Below are positions 38,167 to 47,932 of a stretch of 64,000 bases of DNA, one piece after another. Both the position numbers and the translations under genes were made by a program. Numbering within the stretch: position 1 is the stretch's first letter; each line of letters opens with the position of its first letter. Origin of the DNA: Flavobacteriales bacterium (GTDB lineage: Bacteria; Bacteroidota; Bacteroidia; Flavobacteriales_D; Sanyastnellaceae); contig JBIKRF010000004.1 of the NCBI GenBank assembly GCA_044349305.1, forward strand, positions 2,324 to 66,323, in the 5' to 3' direction. The notes under the pieces were generated by a model. The model was given only the letters and a program-made list of their open reading frames with translations. It was not told the origin of the DNA and did not search any database.

Positions 38167-39242
38167 TTAAAAAACTTGACTTCTATATCATAAAAAAATT
38201 CATCGGAACCTTTCTGTTTATGATTGGTGCCTTTGTAATTATTGCCGTCGTTTTTGACATAAGCGAAAACATCGATGACTTGCTTCAATCTGAAGCCTCA
38301 TTGTGGGAAATTATTGTCGACTATTATTTCAACTTCTGCCTGTACTACGGAAATCTATTGAGTTCCTTCATCATATTTCTAACGGTTATATGGTTCACAA
38401 GTAAACTTGCACAGCGGTCTGAAATCATTGCAATGCTCTCTTCAGGCATTAGTTACAACCGTATTCTTCGCCCCTATTTCATTGTTTCACTTTCAATGAT
38501 AATCATTTCGCTCGCTTTTGGTCACTATGTTGTGCCTCTAGCCAATAAGCGGAAATTCGAATTTGAAGTAAAATACCTGAAAGAGCAACTCACTATTCAG
38601 GACAAGAATATACATCGCGAAATTGAACCTGGGCTAATAGCCTATTTCCAACGATACAATCCGGAAAATCTAGGTGGAAGCAATTTCTCATTGGAACATT
38701 GGAATGAAGGTAAACTGACATTCAAGCTTCTCTCTTCTTCTGCGAATTTCAAACCCGAAACTCAATCCTGGAGTATTTCTAACGCGCAAGTTCGCATCTT
38801 CAAAGACAGCACGGAGCAAGTTTGCTTCAAACAGAAATTAGATACTGTGTTGGAAGTGCGTCCTGAAGATTTCGGTCTGCGTTCTGAAATTGTTGCTACC
38901 ATGAATTGGTCTGAATTGAACTCCTTTATTGATGATCAGAAATTAAGCGGTTCAGGAAACGTGGCGAAATTCGAATTGGAAAGAGAAAATCGAACAGCAA
39001 CGCCCTTCTCTATTTTAGTACTTACCGTTATTGGCGTTTCCATAGCGTCAAGAAAATCGCGCGGAGGCATTGGTTTTCACCTAGCATTGGCAATCATCAT
39101 AGGATTCATCTTTATTTTCGTTTCTCGCATTACTGCAGTAAGTGCAATGAATTTAGGTGTCCCAAGTGAAATAGCCGTTTGGATACCAAATTTACTTTTC
39201 GGAATACTCGCATTTATACTTTACAAAAAAGCTCAGAAATAA
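38163..39242 (+). CDS. LptF/LptG (YjgP/YjgQ) family LPS export permease
   Basis: 359 aa with six predicted TM helices flanking a periplasmic beta-jellyroll region. The GTG start overlaps the tgt stop. Confidence 0.8.
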   Translation: MIKKLDFYIIKKFIGTFLFMIGAFVIIAVVFDISENIDDLLQSEASLWEIIVDYYFNFCLYYGNLLSSFIIFLTVIWFTSKLAQRSEIIAMLSSGISYNRILRPYFIVSLSMIIISLAFGHYVVPLANKRKFEFEVKYLKEQLTIQDKNIHREIEPGLIAYFQRYNPENLGGSNFSLEHWNEGKLTFKLLSSSANFKPETQSWSISNAQVRIFKDSTEQVCFKQKLDTVLEVRPEDFGLRSEIVATMNWSELNSFIDDQKLSGSGNVAKFELERENRTATPFSILVLTVIGVSIASRKSRGGIGFHLALAIIIGFIFIFVSRITAVSAMNLGVPSEIAVWIPNLLFGILAFILYKKAQK

Positions 39243-39958
39243 TGATGAAAAAAAGAATTTTAATCACTGGCGCTACCAGTGGAATTGGTGCTGCTACCTA
39301 TGAATTGGCAATTAAAAACGGACATCAAGTTTTTATTGCTGGAAGGAATGAAGCGGTATTATCAGAAATGGCTTCGAAGAATTCAAACACCTTTTTCTTG
39401 AAAACAGATGTTACGAATATCGAAGAGGTAAAGGCTATGACCGAAGCGGCAGTAGCGTCGATGGGAGGCATCGACGTTTTACTGAACAATGCAGGCCTGG
39501 GAATTTTCGATTTGTTGGAAGATGCGAAATTGGAAGATTGGCACACCATGGTGGACGTGAATATTAAAGGCGTATTGAATGTTCTGCACACGTGCCTGCC
39601 CCATTTGGTGGCCTCTACTGGACATATCATTAATCTCGGATCTTTGGCTTCTCATTACGTATTTCCTAACTCAGGAGTGTACTGTGCAACGAAGCACGCT
39701 GTATTTGCGATTAGCGAAAGTATCAGAACTGAACTTGCCAAAAAAGTTCGCGTAACTACAATTAGCCCTGGATCTGTGAACACACCCTTCGTTGAACAGA
39801 CGAAAAACGAAGCGTTACTTGCTCAGTTCCGTCCTAGCTTTGCAGCTGGAATGCCTGTTGAATGGGTTGCTCAGCAAATCATGAACGCTATTGAAGTTCC
39901 AAACGGTGTTAACGTAAGTGAAATTATCATGCGTCCCTTCCATCCGGATGCAAAATAA
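39242..39958 (+). CDS. SDR family oxidoreductase
   Basis: ILITGATSGIG, NNAG and YCATKHA (YxxxK) motifs. The ATG at 39242 overlaps the preceding stop by 1 nt; the ORF-track start at 39179 lies inside the previous gene. Confidence 0.85.
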   Translation: MMKKRILITGATSGIGAATYELAIKNGHQVFIAGRNEAVLSEMASKNSNTFFLKTDVTNIEEVKAMTEAAVASMGGIDVLLNNAGLGIFDLLEDAKLEDWHTMVDVNIKGVLNVLHTCLPHLVASTGHIINLGSLASHYVFPNSGVYCATKHAVFAISESIRTELAKKVRVTTISPGSVNTPFVEQTKNEALLAQFRPSFAAGMPVEWVAQQIMNAIEVPNGVNVSEIIMRPFHPDAK

Positions 39959-40011
39959 AATTTGTGACGAATTCTTAATAAGTTCTTTTTCTCAATAGCC
40001 TTAAATAGTCC

Positions 40012-40019
40012 TATTTTTG
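40012..40019 (+). promoter_or_regulatory. Candidate -7 element (tatttttg) upstream of the SF2 helicase gene
   Basis: Motif match. It overlaps the TTG at 40017, which argues for ATG 40050 as the true start. Confidence 0.35.
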
Positions 40020-40049
40020 CCCGTTGCCCAAAAAAGCAACGCGCCAAGT

Positions 40050-41573
40050 ATGGGTGAAGTGCCACAAGAGAGAAAAAAACTATACGACTATCAGGAAAAA
40101 GCTCTTGAGCGAATCTTCGCGCGTATTCATGAATTTCCAACCAATTACAACTTGTGTTTTCAGCTTCCTACCGGAGGCGGAAAGACAGTAATCTTTTCTG
40201 AAATAGCGCGACGCTACATTCAAGAAACTGGAAAGAAAGTACTAATCCTCACCCACCGAATTGAACTTCTTAGTCAGACCAGCAATGTCCTGAACAATTT
40301 CTCTGTAAAGAATAAAATCATTGTCAGCAAGGTGAAGCAATTGCCCGACGAGTCGGACTATGAATGCTTTGTTGCGATGGTTGAAACGCTTCATAATCGT
40401 CTTCGTGACGAGAAAATGGAATTCGCAAATTTAGGATTGGTTATCATCGATGAAGCACACTACAATTCATTCCGAAAATTATTCGGATGGTTTGAAGAAC
40501 AAGTTATTCTTGGTGTTACAGCCACTCCGCTGAGCAGCAATATAAAGCTTCCGCTAAAAGACAACTACCATGATTTAATCATTGGCGAAAGCATTGGCAA
40601 TCTTGTGGGAAGAGGATATTTAGCGAAAGCCACTACCTACAGCTATGACGTTAGTTTACATTCGTTGAAGGTTGGAATAACGGGAGATTACACCGTAAGC
40701 AGTTCCGAAAAGTTATATGGAAATATGTATATGCAGGAAAAGCTGCTTTATGCCTTTGAACAAAAAGCCAAAGGAACAAAGACGCTAATTTTCAATAACG
40801 GAATTAATACTTCGAAGCAAGTGTTTCATTTGTTTCGCGAGCAAGGATATGAAATTCGACATTTAGACAACACCCACAACGAGCAAGAACGAAGAGAAAT
40901 ACTGGAATGGTTCAAGACAAAACCAGATGCTGTTTTAACATCTGTTTCAATTTTAACTACAGGATTTGACGAACCTTCGGTTGAGACTATTATTATTAAC
41001 CGCGCGACAAAATCATTGACGCTTTACCATCAAATGATTGGACGTGGTTCCAGAATTTTCGGAGAGAAAAAAGAATTTACAGTTATTGATTTAGGAAACA
41101 ATGCGAAGCGATTCGGTCTTTGGGAGCAATTCATCGATTGGTTCGACATCTTTGCGCATCCGCATAACTATCTTGAAAGCATTGTCAGCGACGAGCAGAT
41201 GTCGCGTGAAATGAAATACGAAATGTCACCAGAGATTCGCGATATGTTTGCACTTTCTCCGGTAATCGACTTCGATATAAAGGAAGAGTACTTGCGCATT
41301 ACACGTTTCGGAGGCAAAGGAAAAAGTGTCTTGGATAAAAGCATGCAGCAGCATGCAACCATCATTCAAGAGAATGCTCCAACATTAGATAGAGCATTCG
41401 AACTTTTGAAAATTCTTGATCAAGACATTAAGAGTCGAATGAAACAATACAGTTACTGTATTTCAAAGAGTACCGACAGTTATTTAGATTGGTTGAAGGA
41501 AGAGTATATTCGAAAACTTCGATTAGATTTAGGGAATTATTACAACAGTCTCAACTTTGAAAACACAATTTAA
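40050..41573 (+). CDS. Superfamily 2 DEAD/DEAH-box helicase (type III restriction Res-like core) with an uncharacterised C-terminal domain of about 130 aa
   Basis: Walker A (PTGGGKT), DEAH (IIDEAHY), motif III (TATP) and motif VI (QMIGRGSR). Confidence 0.8.
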   Translation: MGEVPQERKKLYDYQEKALERIFARIHEFPTNYNLCFQLPTGGGKTVIFSEIARRYIQETGKKVLILTHRIELLSQTSNVLNNFSVKNKIIVSKVKQLPDESDYECFVAMVETLHNRLRDEKMEFANLGLVIIDEAHYNSFRKLFGWFEEQVILGVTATPLSSNIKLPLKDNYHDLIIGESIGNLVGRGYLAKATTYSYDVSLHSLKVGITGDYTVSSSEKLYGNMYMQEKLLYAFEQKAKGTKTLIFNNGINTSKQVFHLFREQGYEIRHLDNTHNEQERREILEWFKTKPDAVLTSVSILTTGFDEPSVETIIINRATKSLTLYHQMIGRGSRIFGEKKEFTVIDLGNNAKRFGLWEQFIDWFDIFAHPHNYLESIVSDEQMSREMKYEMSPEIRDMFALSPVIDFDIKEEYLRITRFGGKGKSVLDKSMQQHATIIQENAPTLDRAFELLKILDQDIKSRMKQYSYCISKSTDSYLDWLKEEYIRKLRLDLGNYYNSLNFENTI

Positions 41574-41581
41574 CTAAAGAC

Positions 41582-43132
41582 ATGAAACTAATTCTTCCAC
41601 ATAAAAACGACTTTTCGGCTTCGTTAGTTGTGTTCTTAGTTGCACTTCCGTTGTGTTTAGGAATTGCATTTGCGACAGGCCTTCCAGCAATAACTGGAGT
41701 AATCTCTGGTATCGCCGGAGGATTAATTGTTGGTCTTTTAAGTGGCTCTCAATTGAGCGTTTCTGGTCCAGCAGCTGGACTTATTGTAGTTGTTACCACT
41801 GCAATTTCAAGCCTTAACAATGACTTAAACTTATTTTTCACAAGTGTCTTCCTTGCCGGAATTTTGCAAATTATTTTCGGCGCTTTAAGAGTTGGGTTCT
41901 TCGGCGAATTTGTTCCTACTTCCGTTATTAAAGGAATGATGGCAGCCATTGGATTCATTCTCATCTTCAAGCAGATTCCGCATTTAGTTGGTTACGATGG
42001 AGACTATGAAGGTGATGAAAACTTTATTCAAGCAGATGGAAACAATACTATTACAGAACTCTTTCATGCAACTATTCACAGTGAGGCAGTCGTTATTGGA
42101 TTAACTTGTTTGCTCCTGCTCATTTTCTTCGACTCAAAAAGAATGAAGAACACCCTTCTATTAAAGATTGCGCCTCCATTTCTTATCGTTGTGGTTGTTG
42201 GAATAATACTCAACATCACTTCCAAATATTTTGGAATTACAGAACAGTTGGAAGCCGAACATTTCATACAATTGCCCTCATTAGAAACAGCCTCAAGTTT
42301 ATTCATTTGGAATAAGTTAAATTTCGCCAACTTCCTAAATACAACTGTCTGGATGCAAGCTGCAATTATTGCAATAGTTGCATCACTTGAAACGCTTTTA
42401 AACATTGAAGCGACCGATAAATTCGACGATCAGAAACGTATCACTCCTCCAAATCGCGAGTTGCTTGCACAAGGCATTGGAAATGCAGTAAGTGGATTGT
42501 TGGGCGGATTACCTGTAACGTCTGTAGTTGTTCGAAGTTCATCAAATAGATTGGCAGGTGCCAAAACTAAATGGTCTGCATTCATGCATGGAGTTTGGTT
42601 ATTGATGGCCATATTGTTCCTTGGACCGTACTTAAACATGGTTCCACTTTCGGCCTTGGCTGCAATATTAATTATGGTTGGATTCAAGCTTACAAAACCA
42701 GCCATTTTCAAAGATTTGTGGAAGGAAGGTATTGCTCAATTCCTTCCATTCATTGCTACGTTTTTGGCTATCTATTTCAGCGACATGTTGAAAGGTGTGA
42801 TAGTGGGACTTGCATTCGGATTATTCTTCGTTATTCGCTCAAACTTCAAAAGTGCCATTCGGGTTACAAAAGGCGATAACAACGATGCTATTCTACGTTT
42901 CCGCAAAGAAGTTTCATTCCTAAATAAACCTTCATTGAAAAAAGCCTTATTGAAAATTCCCGAAGGAAGCTTCTTATTAATTGACGCTCGGAAATGTGAG
43001 TTTATGGATCCCGATATTTTGGAAATTCTTCAAGATTTCATCGTAAGTTCAAAGGTTAAAAACGTTCGAATTGAATTAAATAAAAATAACTGGGGCGAAT
43101 TACCCGAGGTACTAAAAAACATAAAACTTTAA
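41582..43132 (+). CDS. SulP family inorganic anion transporter with a C-terminal STAS domain
   Basis: 516 aa, polytopic, with SulP-type blocks (GLLGGLPVTSVVVRSS) and a STAS-like tail. Confidence 0.88.
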   Translation: MKLILPHKNDFSASLVVFLVALPLCLGIAFATGLPAITGVISGIAGGLIVGLLSGSQLSVSGPAAGLIVVVTTAISSLNNDLNLFFTSVFLAGILQIIFGALRVGFFGEFVPTSVIKGMMAAIGFILIFKQIPHLVGYDGDYEGDENFIQADGNNTITELFHATIHSEAVVIGLTCLLLLIFFDSKRMKNTLLLKIAPPFLIVVVVGIILNITSKYFGITEQLEAEHFIQLPSLETASSLFIWNKLNFANFLNTTVWMQAAIIAIVASLETLLNIEATDKFDDQKRITPPNRELLAQGIGNAVSGLLGGLPVTSVVVRSSSNRLAGAKTKWSAFMHGVWLLMAILFLGPYLNMVPLSALAAILIMVGFKLTKPAIFKDLWKEGIAQFLPFIATFLAIYFSDMLKGVIVGLAFGLFFVIRSNFKSAIRVTKGDNNDAILRFRKEVSFLNKPSLKKALLKIPEGSFLLIDARKCEFMDPDILEILQDFIVSSKVKNVRIELNKNNWGELPEVLKNIKL

Positions 43133-43135
43133 GTC

Positions 43136-43768
43136 ATGTCAGTCATTGAAAACCTCTTATTGAATAACAAAGCTTGGGCTGAAGATCGCATCGAAGAAAA
43201 CCCAGATTATTTCAAAAAATTAGCTGCACTGCAAACTCCCGAATATTTGTGGATTGGCTGTTCAGATAGCCGTGTGCCTGCAAATGAGGTTACCGGCACC
43301 GCCCCTGGTGAAATATTTGTGCACAGAAACATTGCGAACATGGTGGTTCACACCGATATAAACTTGCTGAGCGTTTTAACCTATGCTGTTGATGTCTTAG
43401 AAGTAAAGCACATCATTGTTTGTGGTCACTACGGTTGCGGCGGTGTCAAAGCTGCTATGGGCAATGATTATCTTCCCCTAATTAACAATTGGCTACGCAA
43501 CATTAAAGATGTATACAAATCAAACAGAGCCGAACTGCAAGCCATTCAAAACGAAGAACAACAATTCGATCGCTTAGTCGAATTGAACGTTCTAGAACAA
43601 GTTCATCACTTAGCAGAAACCAACATTGTTCAAGGTGCATGGAAAAAAAGAGAGATGCCCTTGGTTCACGGTTGGGTATACGGACTAAACAATGGAATTA
43701 TTAAGCCCTTAATTACCGTGGGGCCTGATAGCGAAATGGATCCACTTTACAAGTACAAGAACTTATAA
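43136..43768 (+). CDS. can: Beta-class carbonic anhydrase
   Basis: CSDSR and VCGHYGCGG zinc-ligand motifs. Confidence 0.92.
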   Translation: MSVIENLLLNNKAWAEDRIEENPDYFKKLAALQTPEYLWIGCSDSRVPANEVTGTAPGEIFVHRNIANMVVHTDINLLSVLTYAVDVLEVKHIIVCGHYGCGGVKAAMGNDYLPLINNWLRNIKDVYKSNRAELQAIQNEEQQFDRLVELNVLEQVHHLAETNIVQGAWKKREMPLVHGWVYGLNNGIIKPLITVGPDSEMDPLYKYKNL

Positions 43769-44776
43769 CGGATATCTGCTTAAAGGAACCATTTTCAAAT
43801 CTGAAACTTGATTTTCTTGTAAAAGGAAATGGGCTGCTACACCTATCATGGCCGCATTATCTGTGCAATACTTGAACGGAGGAATGTACACTTCAACATT
43901 ATTTTTCAATCCGAATTGAACCAATCGTTTTCTTAATTCGCTATTCGCGGAAACACCTCCACAAATAGCCACTTGATTAATTCCTGTTGATTCTACCCCT
44001 CTTTGTATTTGTCGAAGTAAATAAGTTACCACAGTATGTTGAAACGACGCGCATAGATTCATTCTTTCTTCTTCAATAAAATTTTGATTTTCCTTTTGGC
44101 TATCTCGCAAGAAATAAAGCAATGACGTTTTCAATCCTGAAAAACTAAAATTCAAACCTTCAACTTTCGGAATGGGAAAGCTGAATTTCTTCGCATCACC
44201 CGATTGAGCCATTTTATCGAGTAAAGGCCCCCCGGGATAATCCAATCCTAAAACTTTCGCTGCCTTATCAAACGCTTCCCCTGCGGCATCATCAATGGTC
44301 TCGCCTACTACCTCCATTCGAGTTGGGGAATGAACCACCACCAATTGGGTATGTCCGCCACTCACAGTTAAATTCAAAAAAGGAAATACAGGACGCTTTT
44401 CACAATCTTCAGCTAAATGAGCAAGAATGTGTGCTTGCATGTGATTCACTCCTACAAGTGGAATATCCAAAGCCAAACTCAAACTCTTTGCAAATGAAAT
44501 TCCAACCAACAAAGACCCCATAAGGCCTGGACCTTGCGTCACGGCTATGGCCTCTAAATCTTTCAACTCTTTATTTGCCGATTGCAATGCTGCATGCACA
44601 ACGGCTGTAATCATCGTTTGATGAGCACGACTCGCTATCTCAGGAACAACTCCGCCGTATTGCGCATGTTGCAATTGAGTTACAACTTCATTTGATAAAA
44701 CTTTTGTCCCCAACAAAACAGCCGCTGAAGTTTCATCGCAACTGCTTTCAATAGCCAAGATTAATTTGTTTCCCAT
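43763..44776 (-). CDS. tsaD: tRNA N6-adenosine threonylcarbamoyltransferase
   Basis: ESSCDETSAAV, VNHMQAHI and GGVSAN blocks. Confidence 0.95.
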   Translation of the reverse strand: MGNKLILAIESSCDETSAAVLLGTKVLSNEVVTQLQHAQYGGVVPEIASRAHQTMITAVVHAALQSANKELKDLEAIAVTQGPGLMGSLLVGISFAKSLSLALDIPLVGVNHMQAHILAHLAEDCEKRPVFPFLNLTVSGGHTQLVVVHSPTRMEVVGETIDDAAGEAFDKAAKVLGLDYPGGPLLDKMAQSGDAKKFSFPIPKVEGLNFSFSGLKTSLLYFLRDSQKENQNFIEEERMNLCASFQHTVVTYLLRQIQRGVESTGINQVAICGGVSANSELRKRLVQFGLKNNVEVYIPPFKYCTDNAAMIGVAAHFLLQENQVSDLKMVPLSRYPL

Positions 44777-44777
44777 C

Positions 44778-45827
44778 TTATTGGTTCGAAGAGGCCACCA
44801 TCATTTTATTGAAATTCTCCGTAGACGCTGAAGCGCGCTCGGAATCTGACTTCATGAAATAAACCAACGATTGAATATCACTGTCGGCATTGGCTTCATA
44901 AAAAGAACCGATTCCTTCCACACCCATGACCATAAACGCCTCTGCAAAAACATAAGACTCGACAATCGTTTTTGCTGACACATAACTCTGGTACATTTCG
45001 TTTTGCACCGGAGAAAGCGTTTTAGGATCAAGCAAAGACAATTTGTTTCTTGCATCGAATGTTGCGTAAGCGCGATTCACCAGGCGAAGCAAATTTCCTG
45101 TGTTCTGTCCAGATGTGCGCATATCCAACACATTCAAACTATCTACAGCTGCACCGAATCCCGCATGCCAAACATCTGTCTTCACTACCGCTTGTTTGAT
45201 TGTATTGTTTTTCTCTTTCAAGTACTCTACAATTTTATCAAGTACCAAGGCACTGCCAAACTTCAACAAATCAATTTGAACTTTAGCATTGTTCTTTCTA
45301 ATGTGGGTAGACTTGTACATTCCATTTTCTTCAACATCTTCAACATCAACATTCGCAGCATACATGCCCGTAAAAACCTTCAAAGAATCAATGTTCGGAA
45401 CCTTAGGTGTTGGATTCAAAATTTGAGGAAGCCAAGCCACTTGGGCAGGAGAAAGTGTAAAATCCCAACATCCTCCTGAACGATAATTGAATTCTCTTGC
45501 CATCGTTAGCATTACTCCCATGATACGATTGTTATCCGTAAACTCAAAAAATCCCGATTCAGCATTCGAATAGTTGTAAAGCATACACGTGCTGTTCGGG
45601 TTGCTCGCATCGATGTGCATGCGAACAGCACTTTCAATGGAATCAAATGCAAATGAATAATCTGTTGTGTCGCCAACTACACTCACTGTGTATTTCATTC
45701 CCAAAAAATCACGATCGTAATCTCTTCCGATTAGTCCATTATCCGTCGCGCTCTTATTTCCGCATGACTGAAAAAGCAAGCTTCCAAACATTAGCGCTAA
45801 AAACAGGAAAGACACATTTTTTTTCAT
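44778..45827 (-). CDS. Hypothetical lipoprotein (weak ApbE-like resemblance)
   Basis: Lipobox LLFQSCG. The N-terminal FLGMKYTVSVVGD loosely recalls the ApbE LMGT start, but this is not confident. Confidence 0.45.
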   Translation of the reverse strand: MKKNVSFLFLALMFGSLLFQSCGNKSATDNGLIGRDYDRDFLGMKYTVSVVGDTTDYSFAFDSIESAVRMHIDASNPNSTCMLYNYSNAESGFFEFTDNNRIMGVMLTMAREFNYRSGGCWDFTLSPAQVAWLPQILNPTPKVPNIDSLKVFTGMYAANVDVEDVEENGMYKSTHIRKNNAKVQIDLLKFGSALVLDKIVEYLKEKNNTIKQAVVKTDVWHAGFGAAVDSLNVLDMRTSGQNTGNLLRLVNRAYATFDARNKLSLLDPKTLSPVQNEMYQSYVSAKTIVESYVFAEAFMVMGVEGIGSFYEANADSDIQSLVYFMKSDSERASASTENFNKMMVASSNQ

Positions 45828-45858
45828 GTTACAAAAATAATCTGAATAACTTTACTTC

Positions 45859-47148
45859 ATGCGGAATACTTCAACAATCCTTAACTATACATTGCTTGCT
45901 CTTTTGCTTTGGATTGGCAAATCTTCTCTTGCACAAATCCCAACAACAAATAGCAACTACGTTAATCCCGATTACAATTATTTTTCTGTTGAAGCGCATG
46001 CAAAGAATGCCCCTCTATCTGGTCCATTCTTAAATCTTCTGAGCAACGATGCCATTCAATTTGAATTCGATGTTCAGACTTCCCCGGATGAAGATTTGTA
46101 TTACTCTATTTTTCATTGCGATCCTTATTGGAATTTCGATGACAGTAACCCCATGGATGTTATTCAAGGATTCACAAGTCAACGAATTCCTTATCCCGAA
46201 AACTCTATTCATACAGCTGCTGTATTCGATCACTATAGATTTGAATTACCCAACAACATGTCGAGATTCATTCAATCAGGAAACTATTACGTGGCTGTTC
46301 ACGAAGGAAGTGATTTCAATGAAACATCGATACGCTTGGGTTATCGCATAGTCGTTTATGTTGAAGGAGATCATGGATTAAATGGCGTTATGACATTAAA
46401 AAGAGCTTCTTCAATCGCACATCTTCAATCGCACCAAGAAGTAGACTTCTCTATTTCATTGGCAAACACTCCTGTATACGACATGCAAAAAGTGGTTCCT
46501 GTAATTCTGCAAAACGGAAGATGGGAAGATGGCAAAATGAATTTCCAACCCACTTACATTGCTCCCAACAATGTTCTTGTTTACGACTTTTCAAATGGCG
46601 AAAATGAATTTCCTGGTGGAGGGGAATGGGAGGCTTTCGAAACCAAAGATTTACGCGTGAATGGCTTCAATGTTCAAAGCAGCGCCTATGTGGGAACCGA
46701 AAACCACGTTTTTCTTTATCCGAGTCAGAACCAAATGAACCTCGCCTACAACAGCCGTTCAGATCTTAATGGAGCCTGCCTCATTTCAAGCGAATTATAC
46801 GACGATGACGATCTTACCAGTGATTACGTTTATGTGCATTTTGAATTGACCTCTCCCGTGCTTCCAAACAAAGTAGTTATCGAATGTGGAAACGAATGGA
46901 ATCAAAAAATAACTTGCAACTACAGCGAAACCAAAAAAGCTTATGAAGCGACCATGTATTTGAAGCAAGGAGTATATAACTATCGCTTTCGCATTGAACC
47001 TTCAAGCAATCGAGAAGAAATTAATTTTGCAATAGGTAATCACGCTGCAACAGAAAACAATTACCAACTGTTAGTTTATTACTACGACCGAAATGCAGGT
47101 TTTTACAAATGCGGTGGGGTTTTTACTCAAAACACCAAAAGGAATTAG
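45859..47148 (+). CDS. Secreted protein, possibly DUF5103 / T9SS plug-type family
   Basis: Signal peptide and blocks IQFEFDV...LYYSIFHCDPYWN...SGNYYVAV, recalled as DUF5103-like. Not verifiable here. Confidence 0.4.
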   Translation: MRNTSTILNYTLLALLLWIGKSSLAQIPTTNSNYVNPDYNYFSVEAHAKNAPLSGPFLNLLSNDAIQFEFDVQTSPDEDLYYSIFHCDPYWNFDDSNPMDVIQGFTSQRIPYPENSIHTAAVFDHYRFELPNNMSRFIQSGNYYVAVHEGSDFNETSIRLGYRIVVYVEGDHGLNGVMTLKRASSIAHLQSHQEVDFSISLANTPVYDMQKVVPVILQNGRWEDGKMNFQPTYIAPNNVLVYDFSNGENEFPGGGEWEAFETKDLRVNGFNVQSSAYVGTENHVFLYPSQNQMNLAYNSRSDLNGACLISSELYDDDDLTSDYVYVHFELTSPVLPNKVVIECGNEWNQKITCNYSETKKAYEATMYLKQGVYNYRFRIEPSSNREEINFAIGNHAATENNYQLLVYYYDRNAGFYKCGGVFTQNTKRN

Positions 47149-47876
47149 TCTTTATCGTAGTTAAAATCATCTTCCTTCCACTCCCTTTTCCCTCTTCGCC
47201 AAATTTTGTATTGTTGAAATTCTTCTTTAACAAATATTAAAAATTCATACTGCGAACTTTGACGAATGAACTCATCGCTAACATTCATGAAATCGATGAA
47301 TGCATCGAATTCATCGTTTGTTAATTCAATAATATCATAGTCTACATACAAATGAAAAAGTTCCTTTAACAGGGCGCGTTTCCGATCTTCATATTCCAAG
47401 AACGAAACTTCAAGTTTACTTCTTTCACGTTTGCTGAACTGCTCGTACAAGAATGTGATTGGACTGCTGAAGGATGATGTTTTAAACTGGTTTTCATTGA
47501 ATCCCAATCGCATTAAATCTTTTTCAATAGCCTCTAAATCCCGCGGTGAAATTAACTCAACTATTGGAAGCATATAGGTTCGGTCATCGAGGAATATTGT
47601 GGGGTGATACACATCCTTTAAAAGCGAGTCTTTCATGCAAAGTTGACGGGTGTAATAGCTCAAAGCGGTAATGCTTAACGTGTCGTTTTTCTCGCAAACT
47701 ATAGAATAGAAACCATTTGAATTTCCAAAACTACCTGTCTTGGTTCTGTTGTTAACGATAATCGCATTGGGAATCCCCTGTCCATGAGGATCACGCACTC
47801 TTCCTTCAATACGAATGGTTTGAGAAAATCCTACAAGCGAAAGAAAAACGAAGAAAAAAAGACTGACACTCCTCAT
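47145..47876 (-). CDS. Carboxypeptidase-regulatory-like domain protein
   Basis: Signal peptide followed by IRIEGRVRDPHGQGIPNAIIVNNRTKTGSFGNSNGFYSI (CarboxypepD_reg-like). Confidence 0.6.
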   Translation of the reverse strand: MRSVSLFFFVFLSLVGFSQTIRIEGRVRDPHGQGIPNAIIVNNRTKTGSFGNSNGFYSIVCEKNDTLSITALSYYTRQLCMKDSLLKDVYHPTIFLDDRTYMLPIVELISPRDLEAIEKDLMRLGFNENQFKTSSFSSPITFLYEQFSKRERSKLEVSFLEYEDRKRALLKELFHLYVDYDIIELTNDEFDAFIDFMNVSDEFIRQSSQYEFLIFVKEEFQQYKIWRRGKREWKEDDFNYDKD

Positions 47877-47932
47877 ATAGCGAAGGTAACGAAGAATTGA
47901 AAACTATATTGAATCGTCCCTAAATTCGCGTC

